NCBI RefSeq assembly: GCF_009914755.1
Contig: NC_060936.1
Direction: 5' to 3' (one strand)
DNA: 64,000 nt
Source: the human T2T-CHM13v2.0 reference genome, Homo sapiens
Shown: piece by piece, positions 1-12,915 of the stretch
Layout: each line of letters begins with the position of its first letter
How positions within the stretch are numbered: position 1 is the stretch's first letter
Program-made: the position numbers and the translations under genes
The notes under the pieces: model-generated
What the model saw: only the letters and a program-made list of their open reading frames with translations
Databases searched by the model: none
What the model was told of the DNA's origin: nothing

Positions 1-480
1 GTGTACTCAGCCCTTGTGGAGCCAGCATGTTTGTGTCAGTGCCTCACCTGCAGCTTGTTCCTATGCATTGTTCCCCCAGGAAACACAGGGAGAGTGTCAG
101 GGACTACAAGGGAAGATGCCATCAGAGCACGTTGGGTCCTTTGTGTCCAGGGACCTGGAGTTAAGAACGTTTGCCATCCCAGTAGCATCATTGACCCTGA
201 TTGGCAGAAAGAGGTGAGGCTGCTTTTCCAGACAAGCATAGGGAGAAGTCTGTGTGGGACCCAGTGGTGCATCTGAGTTGCCTCTTACTTCTCCTTCGTC
301 CCACTTTAACTGGGAATGAAAATGTGCAGTAACTCTGACGCTTCCGGAAGGAAAGTTCAAGTCCTGCCACCAGGTGGGCTGCTGAGACCTGGGAAGAGCA
401 CTAAGGGTGAGGGGCAGTTAGCATACCTGGTGGGGGGTGAGAGGATGAGAACTGATCTGATCCTGAGGCCAACTGCAGGA
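1..480 (+). mobile_element. Degenerate ERVL-class internal fragment (dUTPase-like / 3' internal region)
   Basis: The translation SSIIDPDWQKEVRLLFQT (ORF 1..276) resembles the ERVL dUTPase GVIDPDYQGEIGLLL motif. KVQVLPPGGLLRP resembles the downstream ERVL KVWVTPPGKKPRP segment. Frameshifted. Confidence 0.55.
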
Positions 481-999
481 ACGCGGGATGTGGTTGTCCC
501 ACTCCCCTCTGTAGGAGAGTCCTATGAATCCATGGCGGAGCTGCTTCCTGGGCGTGCATGGAGAGGTGGACCCATGTGGCACAGGCGGTGAGCCATGAAG
601 GCCTGAAAATGCTCTGCTCAGCTCTGCGGCCGTGAGCACCTCCTTGATTGAAGGCCACCCCCTCATAGCTGCAGAGACCATGCTTCCTGGACCTGCTCCT
701 AGATCATGACTGACAATGGCCCCGGTGCTGAGGCAGGCCCCTTTCTGCAAGCTACAGACTCCTTTTGCAGGGACTTTGGCTTGAGGATTCCCTGTCCTTT
801 TTGCTGAGTTACTTTCTGTCCAGTCCCCTGTCCTGCCTCCCCACCTTTCATAGGAGTCAGCCCTGCATCACATTCTGAAGAGTCTCTCCACTTTCTCGGG
901 TCCCTTCCATTATCCTTCATAGGTGTTTCTCCCAGTAGATCTCTAGTGGTTCATATCCCTTCCTGGCTGCCACTTCCAGGGAGAAGTTAAATTAATACA
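481..999 (+). mobile_element. ERVL LTR, LTR16-like (3' LTR of the preceding fragment)
   Basis: Follows the ERVL internal remnant and ends with an LTR16-like U5 (…tcctggctgccacttccagggagaagttaaattaataca). The 5' boundary is approximate. Confidence 0.45.
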
Positions 1000-1109
1000 C
1001 CTTGTATAAAACATGAAAGACTCACTCTGACATCTAAGTAAAATGATAATGTTGCTATGGAGTTTATACTCAAATCATCATGAATTTGTCTGAACAATGC
1101 TCAAATAAT

Positions 1110-1276
1110 AATAGTATTTTCCAAGATTTAATAAGCATTTACTCTGTGCCACATACTCTTTTAGGCACTTTGCATCATCATTTCCTTTCATGCTCACGTC
1201 TACCTTATGAAATAGTAATAGTAGTATTCCTGTCTTAGAGCTGAAGTAAATGAGGCTTAAAGATTTTAGGTATCTC
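1110..1276 (-). mobile_element. MIR fragment
   Basis: aagcatttactctgtgcca…aaatgaggcttaaaga is a typical antisense MIR core; it is interrupted by the Alu at 1277. Confidence 0.55.
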
Positions 1277-1676
<400 letters not shown>

Positions 1677-2524
1677 CTATTTTATCCCGAACTCAATTAT
1701 TGCCTTTTGAACTTTCAGCAACAACTGTGAGTGTTGTATTCGGCTATCTCCTGGCTTTTCATTATTGTTATTTTTCTGCAATCACCCCCAGTTCTTTTTG
1801 AACCAAGGAGTCTGACCACTTCTGACCTCTTTAATGATTTTCCATATCATCTGACCCATGAAATCTCACACGCGACCCCATGTTACAGCTCTTGATGGTA
1901 TTTTAAAACACAGAAAAACCCTGGTGCTTATTTACAAGCTAAAATGGCCCATCTTGTCAGAAGGCCATGGCTTTTTCCTCGTGTCAGTGCACACATAAAA
2001 TTTCTATTGTTTTCTTCCCTGAGTCTGAATTCTTGGCAGTTGGCAACAAAATCAAACATTTCTTATTATTTTTTATTTTTTCCCCCTGAGATTCACATTC
2101 TTGCAATGCCAGCTGTCTCACAAAGATAGAGAGCTCCAGGAGCAAGGCGTCTGGGGACAGTTTTCTGCGTTTATCTGAGATAGCTCCTGATGGAAAGCAA
2201 GGTCTTTAGCTAATGTGCGGCACCTAAGCACATCCTTCACTCATTGTGATTATTTGTGCAGCCTGCTTGGTGTACTTGCTGTTTTCTTGATATTGTGCTC
2301 CTGAAATTGATCAGGTGTCTCTAAACTCCATCTTACTCTTCAAGAGCATCCTGGGAATTCAGCTAAATTGTAGCTCCATACGATGCCATAATTTCATCCT
2401 CACCCAAAAAAAAAAATCCATTACATGTTTACCTTATTTCATTTAAAAGGCAGCATCTCCCTCCACATATTCCACTGGAGGGGTTTCACATTTTACTGAA
2501 ATGTCATGTTTCTAAACTTTGATT

Positions 2525-3168
2525 ATATGATGACAGTGGCTATTTGTACATTGTCAACTTGATTAATTTTGGGATCATCTTTCCTGGAACTCCTTTCCCT
2601 GTAATTCCCAGGTTGGAATTGGCCAGAAGAGGAATCCAGGCATGATGAGTGAAACAGAAAGGAAGGATCAGCCTACTGGTCTCTAAATTTCATTAGTGCT
2701 AGAAGACGTGACAGACACACAGAGAAGTGGCAGTGGGTTCCAGCCTGACCTCACCATGAAATGCATACTTAGATCTCCACCCCAGGGCCAGCCCCACTGA
2801 CAAACAGCCCCAGACTCAGCACTGGCAGCTGAGCTGCACACCTGCAGAAGCAGTCACTGCAGAAAAGTGGCCATTCTTCAGGTGTTTCCACCACCTCCCC
2901 TTCCTTGTCTCACTCCCGCAGCTGGGTGTGTGTGGCTTCCTGGATGCCCACCAGCCTCCAACACATCCACCTGGAAGTTCCTTTGTCCCAGTTCACAGCC
3001 CAATCATTCCAGAGGCCTTGTTAGTGAACTTTCTCTGATCTTCCAATGACCTATTCCATTCCCTTATTTTTTTGCTTCACTCACCATTGTAAAAGACTTA
3101 TACTTATAATAATTATTTTATTCTATAATATTCATAGCTGCTCTGCTGATTCAATTTAACTGATACAA
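2525..3168 (+). mobile_element. Old MLT2-type (ERVL) LTR
   Basis: Starts with …tacattgtcaacttgatt… (MLT2 5' motif) and ends …aactgataca; highly diverged. Confidence 0.45.
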
Positions 3169-3200
3169 TGGTATTACCTTCCATCTAATAAGTTATGTAA

Positions 3201-3605
<405 letters not shown>

Positions 3606-4210
3606 TATTGTTTTGAACTGTACTGGGAAGTGATCTTCTTCACAAAGACCAAAGCACATCCTCCTGGGCCTCTTTAAGAATTACTGTAAAGTGAACCACT
3701 GTTTATTGACAGTATATTGAAGGAGGGCCACCCCAGGAGTATCATAGCTTTTAATCCATTTAAGTCAGTGGCAGAGACAAAAAATAATCAAATATTTCTT
3801 CCTAAGGAACAAAATCTTAATAATTGCTGAATTCAGTACCAGTCACTTCAATTTGCATGCAACTTTGGCTTAGAAACTCATCTTCAGATGAGGAAATCTG
3901 AGCCATTCTTTCTTTCTCTTCATTTTCAGAAGTAAATGCCAATCCATGACACCAGAGGCACTGTTTATTAACAGAGAACTCATGTTCCCACTGTGATTCA
4001 ATTACAGGGGAAAGCTATTCAACATATAAATTACAAAAAAAGTCATTGCATCATTCCAAGTGCAAAAATAATACAATTTTGGCAGACTTTTTTTGTATCT
4101 CATTTTTTAAAAAAATCAACCATCACCAAGTATTAAGGAGGTGCAGGAAACCGTGGGTCTAGCTGTGTAGGTTCTTTAGCTACCTGAGCCTGAGATGAGG
4201 GGTGGAGGGG

Positions 4211-4598
4211 ATATTCGTCTGTTGTTGCATTGCGTAAAGAACTATCTGAGACTGGGTAATTTATAAATTAAAGAGGTTTAATTGGCTCATGGTTCTGTAG
4301 GTTGTAAAGGAAGCATGACTGGGGAGGCCTCAGGCAACTTATAATCATAGCCAAAGGTGAAGGGGAACCAGGCACGTCCTGCATGTCGGGAGCAGGAGGA
4401 AGAGAGAGAGAAGGGGGAAGTGCTGCACACTTTTAAACAACCAGATCTCATGAGAACTCACTCACTATCATGAGAATAGCAAGGAGGAAGTCTACCTCCA
4501 TGATCCAATTACCTCCCACCAGTTCCTTCCTCCAACGTTGGGGATTATAATTCAACATGAGATCTGGGGGTAGGGGAACAGAGAGCCAAATGATATCA
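4211..4598 (-). mobile_element. MaLR LTR (MSTA-like)
   Basis: gagactgggtaatttata…aagaggtttaattggctca…cagatctcatgagaactcactcactatcatgagaa…atatca. Confidence 0.85.
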
Positions 4599-4619
4599 GG
4601 GGAAATGACTACTCACAAG

Positions 4620-5115
4620 TGTGTTAGTTTCCTCTTGCTGCTGTAACAAATAATTATAAACTTTGTGGCTTAAAACAATGCAGATTCATGATTGTACAGT
4701 TCTGAGTGTCAGAAGTGCAAAATGCAGCTCACCAGACTAAAATCAAAGTATCAGAAGAACTGTGCCCTTCTGGAGGCCATAGGGGACGTTCCATTCTTAC
4801 TTCTTCCAGCTTCTGGAGGCCGCCCCTACTTCTTGACTCATGTCCCCCTTCCATCTTTAAAGCCATCACTTGCATCTCTCTTACCTCTGCTTCTGTGTTG
4901 GCATCTTCACTGGCTTTGATCCTTCTGCCTCCTTCTTATAATGACATTTGTGATTACATTTGATCCACTCAGATAATTCAGAATCATCTCCACAGCTCAA
5001 GATTCTTTACTTAATCACAATGGCAAAGTCCCCTTTGCCATGCTGGTTAACATGTTCACTGGTTCTAGTGATTAGAATGTGGACATCTTTGGGGTTCTTT
5101 ATTATGTCTAATACA
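4620..5115 (-). mobile_element. MaLR LTR (MLT1C/D-like)
   Basis: tgtgttagtttcct…gctgctgtaacaaa…ggcttaaaacaa…ttccagcttctggaggc…gattagaatgtggacatctttgggg. Confidence 0.75.
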
Positions 5116-5624
5116 ACATGCAAAAATCATCGGTGTCTTTCCTTCTTCTGTAACTAGCCATGTAGTTAAATATTCATAAATAATGCCATGTCTTAAATGC
5201 CTGTCTGTTCCTCCAGGAGAGACATCTAAAAGGCAGAATAATATTAAAAATTAAGAGCTGTGTCATACTTCACATGACATGCATTTGAATTGCATTAATT
5301 CTTATCATAAATTCAAAATTCAATTTCTAATGAGCTCAACAGCACTAGACTTTAGAAAGCTGAGTGTTATCTCTTCTGTATGCTTGCAGACCAATGGCAA
5401 AGGTTTTGATATTTGGGAAATCTGATTATTTCTTTGCCTGATGGTTCATTGTTGGACTGGGTGCAACAATTTTTACTTCTGTGATCTCTCAGGTTTTTTT
5501 TTCCATTTTCCATAAATTTGCTAAGCATCACCATTTTCTTATCTTCCTCGTTTCCACCATTAAAACCTTCCCATCACTGAAGCTTTGAATGAAAAATTAC
5601 TTTCAAAAATAATCTTTTTTTCAT

Positions 5625-5900
5625 CATTTCAATAGTATTTATTATGTGTCTGATATGTGCCATGAACGTGCCAGATTCTGGGGATGTAACAGTAAGCAAG
5701 ATAATGTCCTTGCCCTTCATTGCGTAGGATGGTCAGGGGAGACCTCACTGTGACGGTCACATCTGAACTAAAGGGAAGATGATAAGAACAGCATTCCTGA
5801 AACACAGAACAACAAGTGCAAAGGCCATGAGACAGAATTGAGCTTGGCTTGTTTAAGGAATGGAAATATAACCAGAGTCAATAAAGAGCACTAGGTGGGA
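5625..5900 (-). mobile_element. L2 3' fragment
   Basis: tcaatagtatttatt…tatgtgcca…tggggatgtaacagtaagcaaga…aagtgcaaaggccatgag. Confidence 0.55.
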
Positions 5901-6729
5901 GGAGATATGGCCACCCTTCTCTTCTCTAGACTCTGACAGCTTCCAGTCTGTGCCCTTGTCTGAAATGTATCCCAGGTATGTGTGCAGGTCCCTGACCTCC
6001 TTTATTACATGTACCTCACCCAGTGCTTACTTATAATAATCACCCAGAAACTACTTATTCAAGTATGACTACTCCATTGAAATGAGAAGTATATTACTCT
6101 GATATTTAGTAATCAACTTACCAGAAATCCTAGACAATCTTCAGGAAGCCAAGTAGGTAAGTGAGTATAATGAAATCTGAGTCCTGAAGTGTATCAGTTT
6201 ATATATTATAGATACACCAAATCCCTGGTGCATTATATTATAATAACAAATATTCTCTCCCCAAATTGCAGTGGGTTAAAGCAAATGAAAAAAGTGTTTT
6301 CATTTTGTTTTTTTTCCTTTTACTGCCTTATGTTCATTGTTGGCATACAGAGGGCCTCTGCTCCACAACGTCACTCAGGGACATAGTGATGGAGCAGCCA
6401 CTATCTTCAACATGTGAAAAAGAAAAAAAAGACATCGATGTGTGTTTAATAATTACTCAGTAGTGGTATAGAATGGGGAGGTGTGAGGAGGGAAGGCAGA
6501 AGGGAATGGTGCTTGTCCCACCCACTCCCTCACTCCTAATATCAGCCAGGCTGCTATAGCTTTGTTTATCAGTCGATGAAATTCTAGTCCAGGGCCTTCA
6601 TTTGCCTCTGCAGCTGAGAGCGCACTCTTCTCAGCTAAGAGGAATGACAGGGAAGTGGAGTGAGAGTTGGAATTTATGAGCTTTTAAAGAGGACAGAGAG
6701 CAAAAGTTGGAGGACACATTTTGGGGGAA

Positions 6730-8255
6730 AATTTTTATTTGTATTCCCTGATTAGAGGAGTGGAGGGTGAAGCAGTCTCTGGTTCATCAGCCAGAAATAA
6801 TAAGACATGTTACCATTCTCAGTCAACTCAGAAATCAAACACAGTTAAAGTGCATTTATTCTCTGGTCACACTGGGGCTTCACAAAATAGAAGAAAACAC
6901 CCCTGTCACTTTAGGAGGCTACAACCCAGTGAGAGTTTATTTTATGACTGTTTCTTAAAGCCAGGTTTACACTAGCCAAATGAAATGAAGAACTGGGCAA
7001 TTATGAATATAGTTCATTTCCAGAGACAAAATAATTCTATGAAGTTGCTGCAGTCCGGCCTATCAGAACCAACAATTCTGTTATTTTTTAGCTTGGCCAG
7101 TTTTCCCAGGGGTGTTTCCCCACTGTGGTAATTGAAGCTGGCTGAGAAAACCAGTGGGCTGCCGGCAGAGCCTGAATCTCCAGCCCCAGGGAGCTGGGAG
7201 CTCTCTCTAGCTGGGGAGAGCTCTTCAGATTGACTTCCAACCCCCTTAGGCTCGGTTCATGTTTCTCTAGTGTCTCCAGGCTTGTGGGGGGTTGGGGGGT
7301 GGGGGTGAATGATGGATTTATAATTTTTTCTGGATCGTTCTCTATTGTTTCTTTTTGTTTGATCTTTTTTTGTGTGTGTTTTAATGCACCGGGGCTCAGG
7401 TCGTCCTCTGGAGTTCTCTGGTAAGGAGGAATGTTGGTGACAAATAGGAAAGTCAGGCTTCCTTTCTGATGTTGGCCAGAGACAGTGAGGGTGGGAGCAG
7501 GACCTGCCTGGGCCATGTGGGCAGGATGGGAAGAGGTGGGGGCACTGCCAGGCACTGCTGGCTTGGAGAAGGGGTTGCAGCTGGACTCTGAGACTTTCCT
7601 TGTGAGGTTTCTGATTTCCCAAGAGTTGGCTTTTGATCTGCGGCATTCTGGAAAGAGGATCAGAATCCCGCCCTCAGGAGGCCCAGACCCCCCTAGGGCC
7701 CAAGAGACCCCTGCATCAGTAACCTGAACAGGTGCCACTGGAAGGACAGAAGAGAAGACAGAGCTTTAAAAATCAGTGGGAAAGGACGAGGGGGCGGGGC
7801 AGAGGAGTCCAGGACCCCTCTGCCTGCTTCTGCACAGAAAGGACTACAAGGGCAGGGATAAGTCTGGGGCACCCGTGTTTGATTTCCTGAGTCCCCCTAG
7901 ACTTGCACACAAGTGCATTGAGGAAAGAAATCAAACAGCGCAGGAAAAGCATGGATTGAAAAATAAAATGTTCCTCTATCCCTATGTGCCATTCCTTTCC
8001 CTTTCCCGAGGTCATCACTGTTAAGTTTCTGGTGTGGCATATGTATCTCTCCCCGCTTTTTGTGCATTTTGTTACCGCGCCCCACCCCCACCCCATGTAC
8101 AAATGTCACTATAGATCTTTCTGTGCTAAGCCACATGGGCCCCTTAACCTCCCACGTATCTCTCCCCACTTTTTTGCATCTGGGGACGGCGCCCCCCACC
8201 TCAGCCCCATGTGCAAATAGATCTTTCTATACTAAGCTGCATGGGCCTCTTTACC
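6730..8255 (-). ncRNA. Candidate spliced antisense/divergent lncRNA (intron 7738-8254) issuing from the CpG island
   Basis: Minus-strand donor GAG|GTAAAG (exon end 8255). Strong acceptor gctctgtcttctcttctgtccttccag| (exon start 7737). Minus-strand AATAAA motifs near 6935, 6855 and 6735. No long ORF across the junction. No transcript evidence available. Confidence 0.35.
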
Positions 8256-8258
8256 TCA
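8043..8258. repeat. Diverged ~110-bp tandem duplication
   Basis: gtatctctcccc…ccccatgt.caaat…agatctttct…ctaagc..catgggcc occurs twice (from ~8043 and ~8156). Confidence 0.75.
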
Positions 8259-9400
8259 GGTGTTCCCAGCAATCAAGACCAGAGCAGGGTGTGTCCCACA
8301 TAGGCTGGGGGTTGGAGAGTGCTGCCCCCCCCCCGCCCCGCAGGGCCTCGGGAGGGTGAAGGGGCCGACTGGGTCTCTGCTCCCTGGGAATCTGGCCGGA
8401 ATTCCACAGGGCTGCAGGGCCCGCCGCCCAGCGCCAAGAAAGCGGGTGGCCACATCGAAGTTTCTCAACGGGAGGAGCGGATTCGTCTGGAGACGCCGCC
8501 TTCTCCCCGCGCCTCTTCTTCCAGCACTGCCACACGGGTCCTGGAAGGATCCTGCACCCTCTGCTCAGTCCCCGCTCAGTCTCTGCTCCGGGCTGGGGGC
8601 TTTCTCCACCTGCCCGGGCGGGGGCGCCAGAGGGGAAGAGGGGGGACTGCAGGGAAAGGGGCGGGTTCGGGGGGACTGTGCGGGGCAGGAGGTGGTGGAG
8701 CCGGCGGTTGGCATCGCTGGAGGCAGAGGGGACCAGGAGCGGGAGAAGCCGGGGCCGGAAAGGCGAGGCGGGGCTGGGGCTGGGGCGGCTGCGGGGCGCG
8801 GGGGAGATGCCGAGGGGCTGGGCTGGGGCAGGGTCTGCAGGTGCGGCGGGCGGATCAGCGGCACCCGCTGCAGACGCGGTCGGCGAAACGTCGTCCCGGC
8901 CCCAGCTCGAGCAGCGGCTCCGGGTGGACCTCGCAGGGATGCGGAGCGGCCGGATCCTGCCGACTCGACTGCTCGGGGCCGCCCCAGGGTGTGGGCGGCC
9001 GGCAGGGACCGCGGGTGAGCGGTGGGCAGGTCTCAGGACTCTCTCCGGACGTGCGGTCCGGGGCCGCGCCGGGTGCTGGGCGCGCTACCCAGCCAAGGTG
9101 AGGCAGGAGCGGCGTCTGCGGTGCTGGCGCTCGGCTTTTGGGAAGCTCCCCCACTCCGCCCCCCACCGCGGTCTCTGGGGGTCCAGGCGGAGGGAGCTGA
9201 CCCTGGAGTTTGGAGATCTAGAGGGGGCGCAGGTGCACCTGGAGCGCCGGTGCAGGGCTCCTCCGCTCCGATGGGCGGGTCCCGCTGGGAGTGGCGGCGC
9301 CTTTGGGGCCAGCTGGGGGCTCCAGCCTCTCCAAGGTGTTGTCTGAGAGCGGATAAGAGGGTGTGGGTAAGAGAAAGGTTCTGAGGATCCACGGTGTCCC
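8250..9400. promoter_or_regulatory. CpG island / probable bidirectional promoter
   Basis: Very high GC with abundant CpG relative to the CpG-depleted surroundings; several GC boxes (ggggcggg). Plus-strand donors GG|GTGAGC (~9015) and AAG|GTGAGG (~9098); minus-strand donor at 8254. Confidence 0.85.
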
Positions 9401-9919
9401 ACTTCCTATCCCTATGTCAGCCAAACTGTGGTACTAGAACGAGGGACAGCCCGGTGTCTGGTTCATTTTGGCTCCAACCGTTGAGTACCTCCCTGCCTCA
9501 GCTCACATCACCTGTGCGAATAGAAAATGGCAGTAACCTTTGCGTAGCATCCCTATAGCCATTCCCCACCAGACACAGGTGCCCGTCAGGGTCTCAGAGT
9601 GGGGAATCACATCCTGTTTTCCTGGAACCCTTTCCACCTGAGAGCTCTTCAAGCCGAGCCATGAACACGTGCGACTGAACATTGCTGAGAGAAACGGAAA
9701 AGTTGCTTTTGCTTTCCTAGATGCCTCACGCACAGCCTCTAGTTCCCTGGAAACCCATGGCCTTTGAAGCTGATGGCTCCCAACTAGACCCAGATTTTCA
9801 CAAACATGCCCTCTATGGTTTAGAAAGAGTGTCCTATTTCTCCCTGGAGCTCCAAGTATACAAACATGATTTGAGAGGGGGGAATTGATAAGGGTCAGGA
9901 TAATTTCCCTTTCCTGTAA

Positions 9920-10581
<662 letters not shown>

Positions 10582-11094
10582 TAATTTTTAAAAAGGTAAA
10601 ATGCATCTTTAGGAGCAAGGTTCAGACTAAAGCTTGGTGAGTGAATAGTGAGTGACCTGGAGCTATTTTGAGTGAGTTTCTCTGAAGGTTTCCTTGAGAA
10701 GGCTGACTTTGGAGCAGAGGCTTGAATGAAGAGAGGAAGGAGAGATGTGAACAGTTAGGAGAAGCTGTCCAGGCAGGAGACGGCAAGTGAAACTGGAATA
10801 AGCTTTGTGTGTGGGAGAAACAACAAGATGGCCAGGTGGCTGAAGCAGAGGGAGAGAAGTTGGAAGTGATCGGGGCAGACCCACGTGGGCCCTGGCAGGA
10901 CATGTGTGGCTGATGCTGAAATTACCCCACCTCAGTATCCATTCTCCCCTCCCTTCGTCAGCATAGAAATCTTCGTTTTTAGCTTGACAGAATAATGACT
11001 ATATTTTCCAGCTTTTTTTTTACTCCTCATAAGGCAGGTATCCCTGTGATTAACACTTGATATGGCTGAGAGTGGTGCCTGTAATTTCCTTGAT

Positions 11095-11350
11095 TTTTTT
11101 TTTTTAACTTTTTAGATTCAGGAGGGACACATGCAGGTTTGTAATGTGGGTGTGTCGTGTGATGCTGAGGTTTAGGGTATGACTGGCCCATCGCCCCGGT
11201 AATGAGCACAGCAGCCAATAGATAGTTTTTGGACCCTTGTTCACTTCCCACCCTCCCCGTCTCGTAGTCACCAGTGTCTGTTGTTCCCGTCTTTAAGTCC
11301 ATGTGCACCCAATGTTTAGCTCCCACTTAGAAGTGAGACCGTGCAGCATT
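11095..11350 (-). mobile_element. L1 (L1PA/PB-type) 3' end inserted in an MLT1-like LTR (~10905-11640)
   Basis: ttttagattcaggagggacacatgcaggtttgt…tttagctcccacttagaagtgaga is the antisense L1 3' UTR. Confidence 0.75.
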
Positions 11351-11919
11351 TGTTTTGAAATGTTCTTAATGGAAGGAAACATGCCCCTCCTACATCCTGG
11401 TGGCTAGAATGTGGGTGTCATGACTGGATTACCAGCATTTATTTGGGGCCACACAATGAGCTTAGGAATGGAAGTTTGGCACAGTGAAGCAACAAGAGAA
11501 GGGGATCTGGGTCTCTGGAACTAGACTTGGGCTGATTGCCTCTAGGCTACAGTGGCATGAGAGAGAAATGAAACTCCTCTCTTGTTTAAGACCCTGCATT
11601 TTTGGAACCTTCTGTGACTCACAGCTCAGTCTAATCCTGTTTGATATACTGAGGTAAGAACTTTAAATTTTATTCTAATCCCAAGGAAATATTTGGAGAA
11701 TTTTATGCCAGGGAGGGACGTAACGTGCTCACTAAAGGCTCACTCTGGCTTCTAGGAGAGATCAGGCACCAAGGCCCAAGAGTAGAAGTAGGTCAATTGG
11801 TTGGGGCTCTTGCAGTTATCCAGGTAGAAGGTGATGGTTGAATTAGACTATGGTGGAAGTGCGGTGGGTGGTGATAAGTGGTCGTATTTGGAGTGGATTT
11901 ATGTACTGTGTATTTTTGT

Positions 11920-12680
11920 TTTATCAAATGTATTTTTTTTAATCTGGGGATATCATTTATATGCATTAAAACACACCCATTTTCAGTGCACAGTTAATAC
12001 ATTTTGGCAACTACATACATCTGTTCAAACACCATCACAATCAACACACAGAATACTCCATTCATCCTGAAAGTTTCCTCATTCCCTTTCACAGTCAATA
12101 CTCCCACAGACTCCAGACCCAGCAAACACCAATTTGCTTTCTGCCACTATACATTAGATCTGCCTTTTCTGGACTATCATGTAAGTAGATTCATACAGCA
12201 TATTGTTTCTAGCTTCTTTCACTTCACAAACGTTTATGAGATTCATCCTGTTGTTATGTGAATCGGTGACTCACTTCATTTTTAGTGCAGAGTAGTGTTT
12301 GTTGCTGGGAGTTTATTTACCACCATTTGTTTACCTTCTCATGTGTTCATGAACATTGCATTGTTTCTAGGCATTGCTGTTATGAACAAAACTACTACAA
12401 ACATTCATGGACAAATCTTTATGTGGTCATATGCTTTAATTTGTCTCTGACAAATGCTAAGAGCAGAATAATTGGGCAATATTGTAAGTGTAAATTTAAG
12501 CATGTAAGAAACTGTCAACCTTTTCTCCAACTGATGTATTAGGTTGGTGCAAAAGTAATTGTGTGTGTGTGTTTTTGCCATAAAAGGAATGGCAAAAACC
12601 GCAATTACTTTTGCATCAACCTATGATTCCCAGTTGCTCTTCACTCTCACCAAATCTTTGTATTGCCAGTTTAAACAATT
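11920..12680 (-). mobile_element. Old L1M 3' fragment
   Basis: acacacccattttcagtgcacagtt…gagattcatcctgttgtt…gtaagaaactgtcaacc. Confidence 0.65.
12539..12623. mobile_element. MADE1 (Hsmar1-derived MITE)
   Basis: TIR ttaggttggtgcaaaagtaattg…tttttgccat / atggcaaaaaccgcaattacttttgcatcaaccta; the left TIR carries a (TG)n expansion. Confidence 0.92.
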
Positions 12681-12794
12681 CTGTCCTTTACTTGCAGAAC
12701 CCTGCTGCTAATGTGCCCAGCTAAAAAGAAAATAAAACAAACCGGCAAACACAAAACGCTGTATTTCCCAGCAGTGCAGCCAGCTGACAAGGTC

Positions 12795-12915
12795 TGGCCA
12801 ATGAGAGGCCAGCGGAAATTCCTGGGCGGGACTTCCGGGAATTCCCATAAACTGGGCTGAGTTTCCACTCTCCAAGATGGTGGCCCAGGAAACTTTATGC
12901 CTGGGGGAATTCTCG
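12795..12915. promoter_or_regulatory. Motif cluster: CCAAT, GC box, ETS, multiple NF-kB-like sites, YY1-like site
   Basis: CCAAT 12798; GGAAATTCC 12814; GGGCGGG and ACTTCCGG ~12824-12838; perfect GGGAATTCCC 12837-12846; CAAGATGGTGGC 12873; GGGGAATTCT ~12904. Confidence 0.4.

Noticed and set aside
7088-7738. 216-aa minus-strand ORF beginning at a splice acceptor
   Set aside because: Starts at GTG with no recognisable homology. Splicing from the 8255 donor reaches this frame only through an immediately preceding TGA, and the other two frames stop within ~15 codons.
8260-9346. Overlapping 220-260-aa ORFs in all three plus frames
   Set aside because: Low-complexity G/A/R/P-rich products expected from stop-codon scarcity in a CpG island; no recognisable domain.
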